Shown here: positions 30,524-32,000 of the stretch, in pieces
How positions within the stretch are numbered: the stretch's first letter is position 1
Layout: each line of letters starts with the position of its first letter
DNA from: Demequinaceae bacterium
GTDB taxonomy: Bacteria; Actinomycetota; Actinomycetes; Actinomycetales; Demequinaceae
Direction: 5' to 3'
Assembly (NCBI GenBank): GCA_965250005.1
Contig: OZ252279.1
Span: 1,770,001-1,802,000 of the forward strand
DNA length: 32,000 bases
Translations under genes and position numbers: made by a program
The notes under the pieces: model-generated
Seen by the model: the letters and a program-made list of their open reading frames with translations, nothing else
The model's database searches: none
What the model was told of the DNA's origin: nothing

Positions 30524-32000
30524 GTGCAAGTCCGAAGTCTGATTGTTGGCGCCGTCGTTGTCGCGCTTTCTGCATCCATGGCTCAGCCAGCTTCTGCGTT
30601 CGAGGCCGTTGTTGCGCCCGTGCCTGCCGCTCAGTTCAGCTCCGAGACCCCTGCGCCGGCTCCGGATTGCCAGCTCTATCCGCTTGCGCTCTCTACAGAG
30701 GTACTCGCGGAAGCCGAGGTGGGCATCAACTTTTTGCGTGTGCCGCTTGGTAATGGTACGGGCAACTTTTCGTTCTTGAGTTGGGCAGGCGTGAACGACG
30801 CCGACGTGTTTGCCGCCGCGATCGCCGCTGACGGCGGCGCCGCTGGTTACGTGAACCCAGAGGACCCGGCAGACTCGCAGCTTGACTTGGGCGACTGGGT
30901 GCAGGGACTGCCTGGTGTCAAGAACAGTTCTGGAGTGCGCGCCAACTTGGACGCTCTGATTGGCGCAGAGATCGCGGTGCCAACGTGGAGCGAACTACGC
31001 GGCGAGGGCGACGAGCTTGACTACAGCGTCGATGGTTTCGCGCGAATCAAGCTCCTCAGTTACAAGCTTTCCGGCAAGGGCTGGATTAGTTTCGAATACG
31101 TGGGTGACACCCAGTGTTACATCGAACCAGAAACGAACCAACTGCCGCTTGCTGAGGCTCAGGCTCTCGACACGGACAGCGAGACCCCAATTTTGATCGT
31201 GCTCGAAGGTAGCGACGCAGACGGCGATGCCATCACGTTTGACCTCGCGAGCCAGCCGGCGAATGGCGCACTCTGGGGCACCGCTCCGCAACTTACCTAC
31301 GTATCAGACGCCGACTACATTGGGCCAGATAGCTTCGAATTCACAGTGAATGACGGCTCTGACGATTCGCAGTTGGCAACCGTAAGTATCGATGTCGCGC
31401 GTCCCAACGACGCGCCCGTCATCACCTCGACGCCCTCACTCTCAGGACAGTTGGGCGACCCATACGATTACGCGGTCGCTGCCGTCGACCCGGACGGGGA
31501 CGCGCTCGCCTACACGCTCGCTACGACAGAACCCGGCTTGACCGTCGACCCGGCAACTGGCCTGGTGTCGGGACTGCCCCAGTCCTCCGCATGGCTCGAG
31601 GCTGTTGGCGGACCCGACCCTGCTTGCAAATCCTTCGACAGGAGTGTCTCCGAGCTCAACATGGAGCTTGGCTGGCATTGGAGAAGCCCAATCAATGGGC
31701 TGTCGAGCACTGTCATGGGTACTCCCGTGGTCGCCAGGATCGTTGACATTAATGGCGACGGTGTAGTGGATGAACTTGATCCGCCCACGGTTGTGTTCGC
31801 GGCGTTCCTCCGCACCTGGTCGGATGGTGCGTACGTAGTTGCAGTCAATGGGGAGACTGGCGCAACGCTGTGGATCAGTTCCCGGCGCAGGGTTTCCGGA
31901 TTCTCGTCGCCGGCAGTGGGAGACATCGACGGCGACGGCCGACTCGACATCGTCTATGTTGGCGCGCACGATCGCACGGAGTTGGTTGCATTCGACCACA
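30524..32000 (+). CDS. Large secreted protein with cadherin-like/Ig-like and FG-GAP/VCBS-type repeats (5' part; continues past the right edge)
   Basis: Not in the ORF track (no stop). GTG 30524 lies behind GAGGGGGA. Signal peptide VQVRSLIVGAVVVALSASMAQPASAFE. Later DADGDAITFDLASQPANGAL...YIGPDSFEFTVNDGSDDS...NDAPVITS and VVARIVDINGDGVVDE...AVGDIDGDGRLDIV. The minus-strand ORFs 31442..31999 and 31510..31950 are shadows. Confidence 0.7.
   Translation, partial: MQVRSLIVGAVVVALSASMAQPASAFEAVVAPVPAAQFSSETPAPAPDCQLYPLALSTEVLAEAEVGINFLRVPLGNGTGNFSFLSWAGVNDADVFAAAIAADGGAAGYVNPEDPADSQLDLGDWVQGLPGVKNSSGVRANLDALIGAEIAVPTWSELRGEGDELDYSVDGFARIKLLSYKLSGKGWISFEYVGDTQCYIEPETNQLPLAEAQALDTDSETPILIVLEGSDADGDAITFDLASQPANGALWGTAPQLTYVSDADYIGPDSFEFTVNDGSDDSQLATVSIDVARPNDAPVITSTPSLSGQLGDPYDYAVAAVDPDGDALAYTLATTEPGLTVDPATGLVSGLPQSSAWLEAVGGPDPACKSFDRSVSELNMELGWHWRSPINGLSSTVMGTPVVARIVDINGDGVVDELDPPTVVFAAFLRTWSDGAYVVAVNGETGATLWISSRRRVSGFSSPAVGDIDGDGRLDIVYVGAHDRTELVAFDH

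Noticed and set aside
26611-30575. Very long minus-strand ORFs (26611..27897 of 428 aa, 28677..29531, 29670..30575)
   Set aside because: They are antisense to TatD, isochorismatase, the G5 protein, RsmA and IspE, all of which carry diagnostic motifs. Their composition is Arg/His/Gly-rich and non-protein-like.
1-32000. tRNA, rRNA or CRISPR arrays, and att-type direct repeats bounding the island
   Set aside because: No cloverleaf-like segments and no regularly spaced repeats were seen. The only repeats are the promoter copies, the HTH paralogs, the IS inverted repeats and short palindromes. The left island boundary lies outside the window, so att sites cannot be assessed.

Overview
High-GC actinobacterial chromosome segment. 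The lineage call rests only on the gene order pmt, rsmI, metG, tatD, rpfB-like, rsmA(ksgA), ispE, which is also found in Mycobacterium. Bases 1-20532 are accessory or mobile DNA, and 20533-32000 is conserved core. The accessory part contains seven blocks. (1) A minus-strand conjugation-type operon (1-2989) holds a coupling-type P-loop ATPase running off the left edge, small membrane proteins and an orphan MT-A70 adenine methyltransferase. (2) A tyrosine-recombinase remnant (3107-3451) keeps only the N-terminal SAM-like domain. (3) A tightly coupled four-gene cassette (3558-7614) encodes a COG2509-type flavoprotein, an NDT/TIR-like protein, an unknown-domain-plus-PNP-nucleosidase fusion and a SLOG protein. 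I cannot assign this cassette to any described system, and I rank it as a candidate new nucleotide-centric conflict system. (4) An RHH regulator, a 398-aa protein with a possible HEPN-like RxxxxH motif, and a membrane/zinc-ribbon protein lie at 7739-10353. (5) An ECF-like sigma factor, an XRE-HTH protein and an ImmA/IrrE metallopeptidase with a Cys-rich tail lie at 10602-12825. (6) An AT-richer patch (about 13.1-17.8 kb) carries a ubiquitin-like operon (multiubiquitin-type Ubl, E2-like/E1 fusion, DUF6527-like zinc protein, no deubiquitinase) and a large PD-(D/E)xK nuclease. Both sit behind near-identical ~41-bp promoter/operator copies, and each is followed by a convergent paralogous HTH gene. 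(7) Two abutting IS3-family elements lie at 18149-20532. One is intact, with 23-bp inverted repeats. The other is 3'-truncated by the first and itself truncates a TfoX-like gene at the island/core junction. The core part encodes a membrane protein, Pmt, RsmI, MetG, TatD, an isochorismatase-family hydrolase, a G5/transglycosylase protein, RsmA, IspE and the start of a large secreted repeat protein. No tRNA, rRNA or CRISPR array was found. Two edge-spanning genes (1-1083 minus, 30524-32000 plus) and a 51-aa gene (12916-13071) are missing from the supplied ORF track. All family assignments are by eye from motifs and need profile searches.
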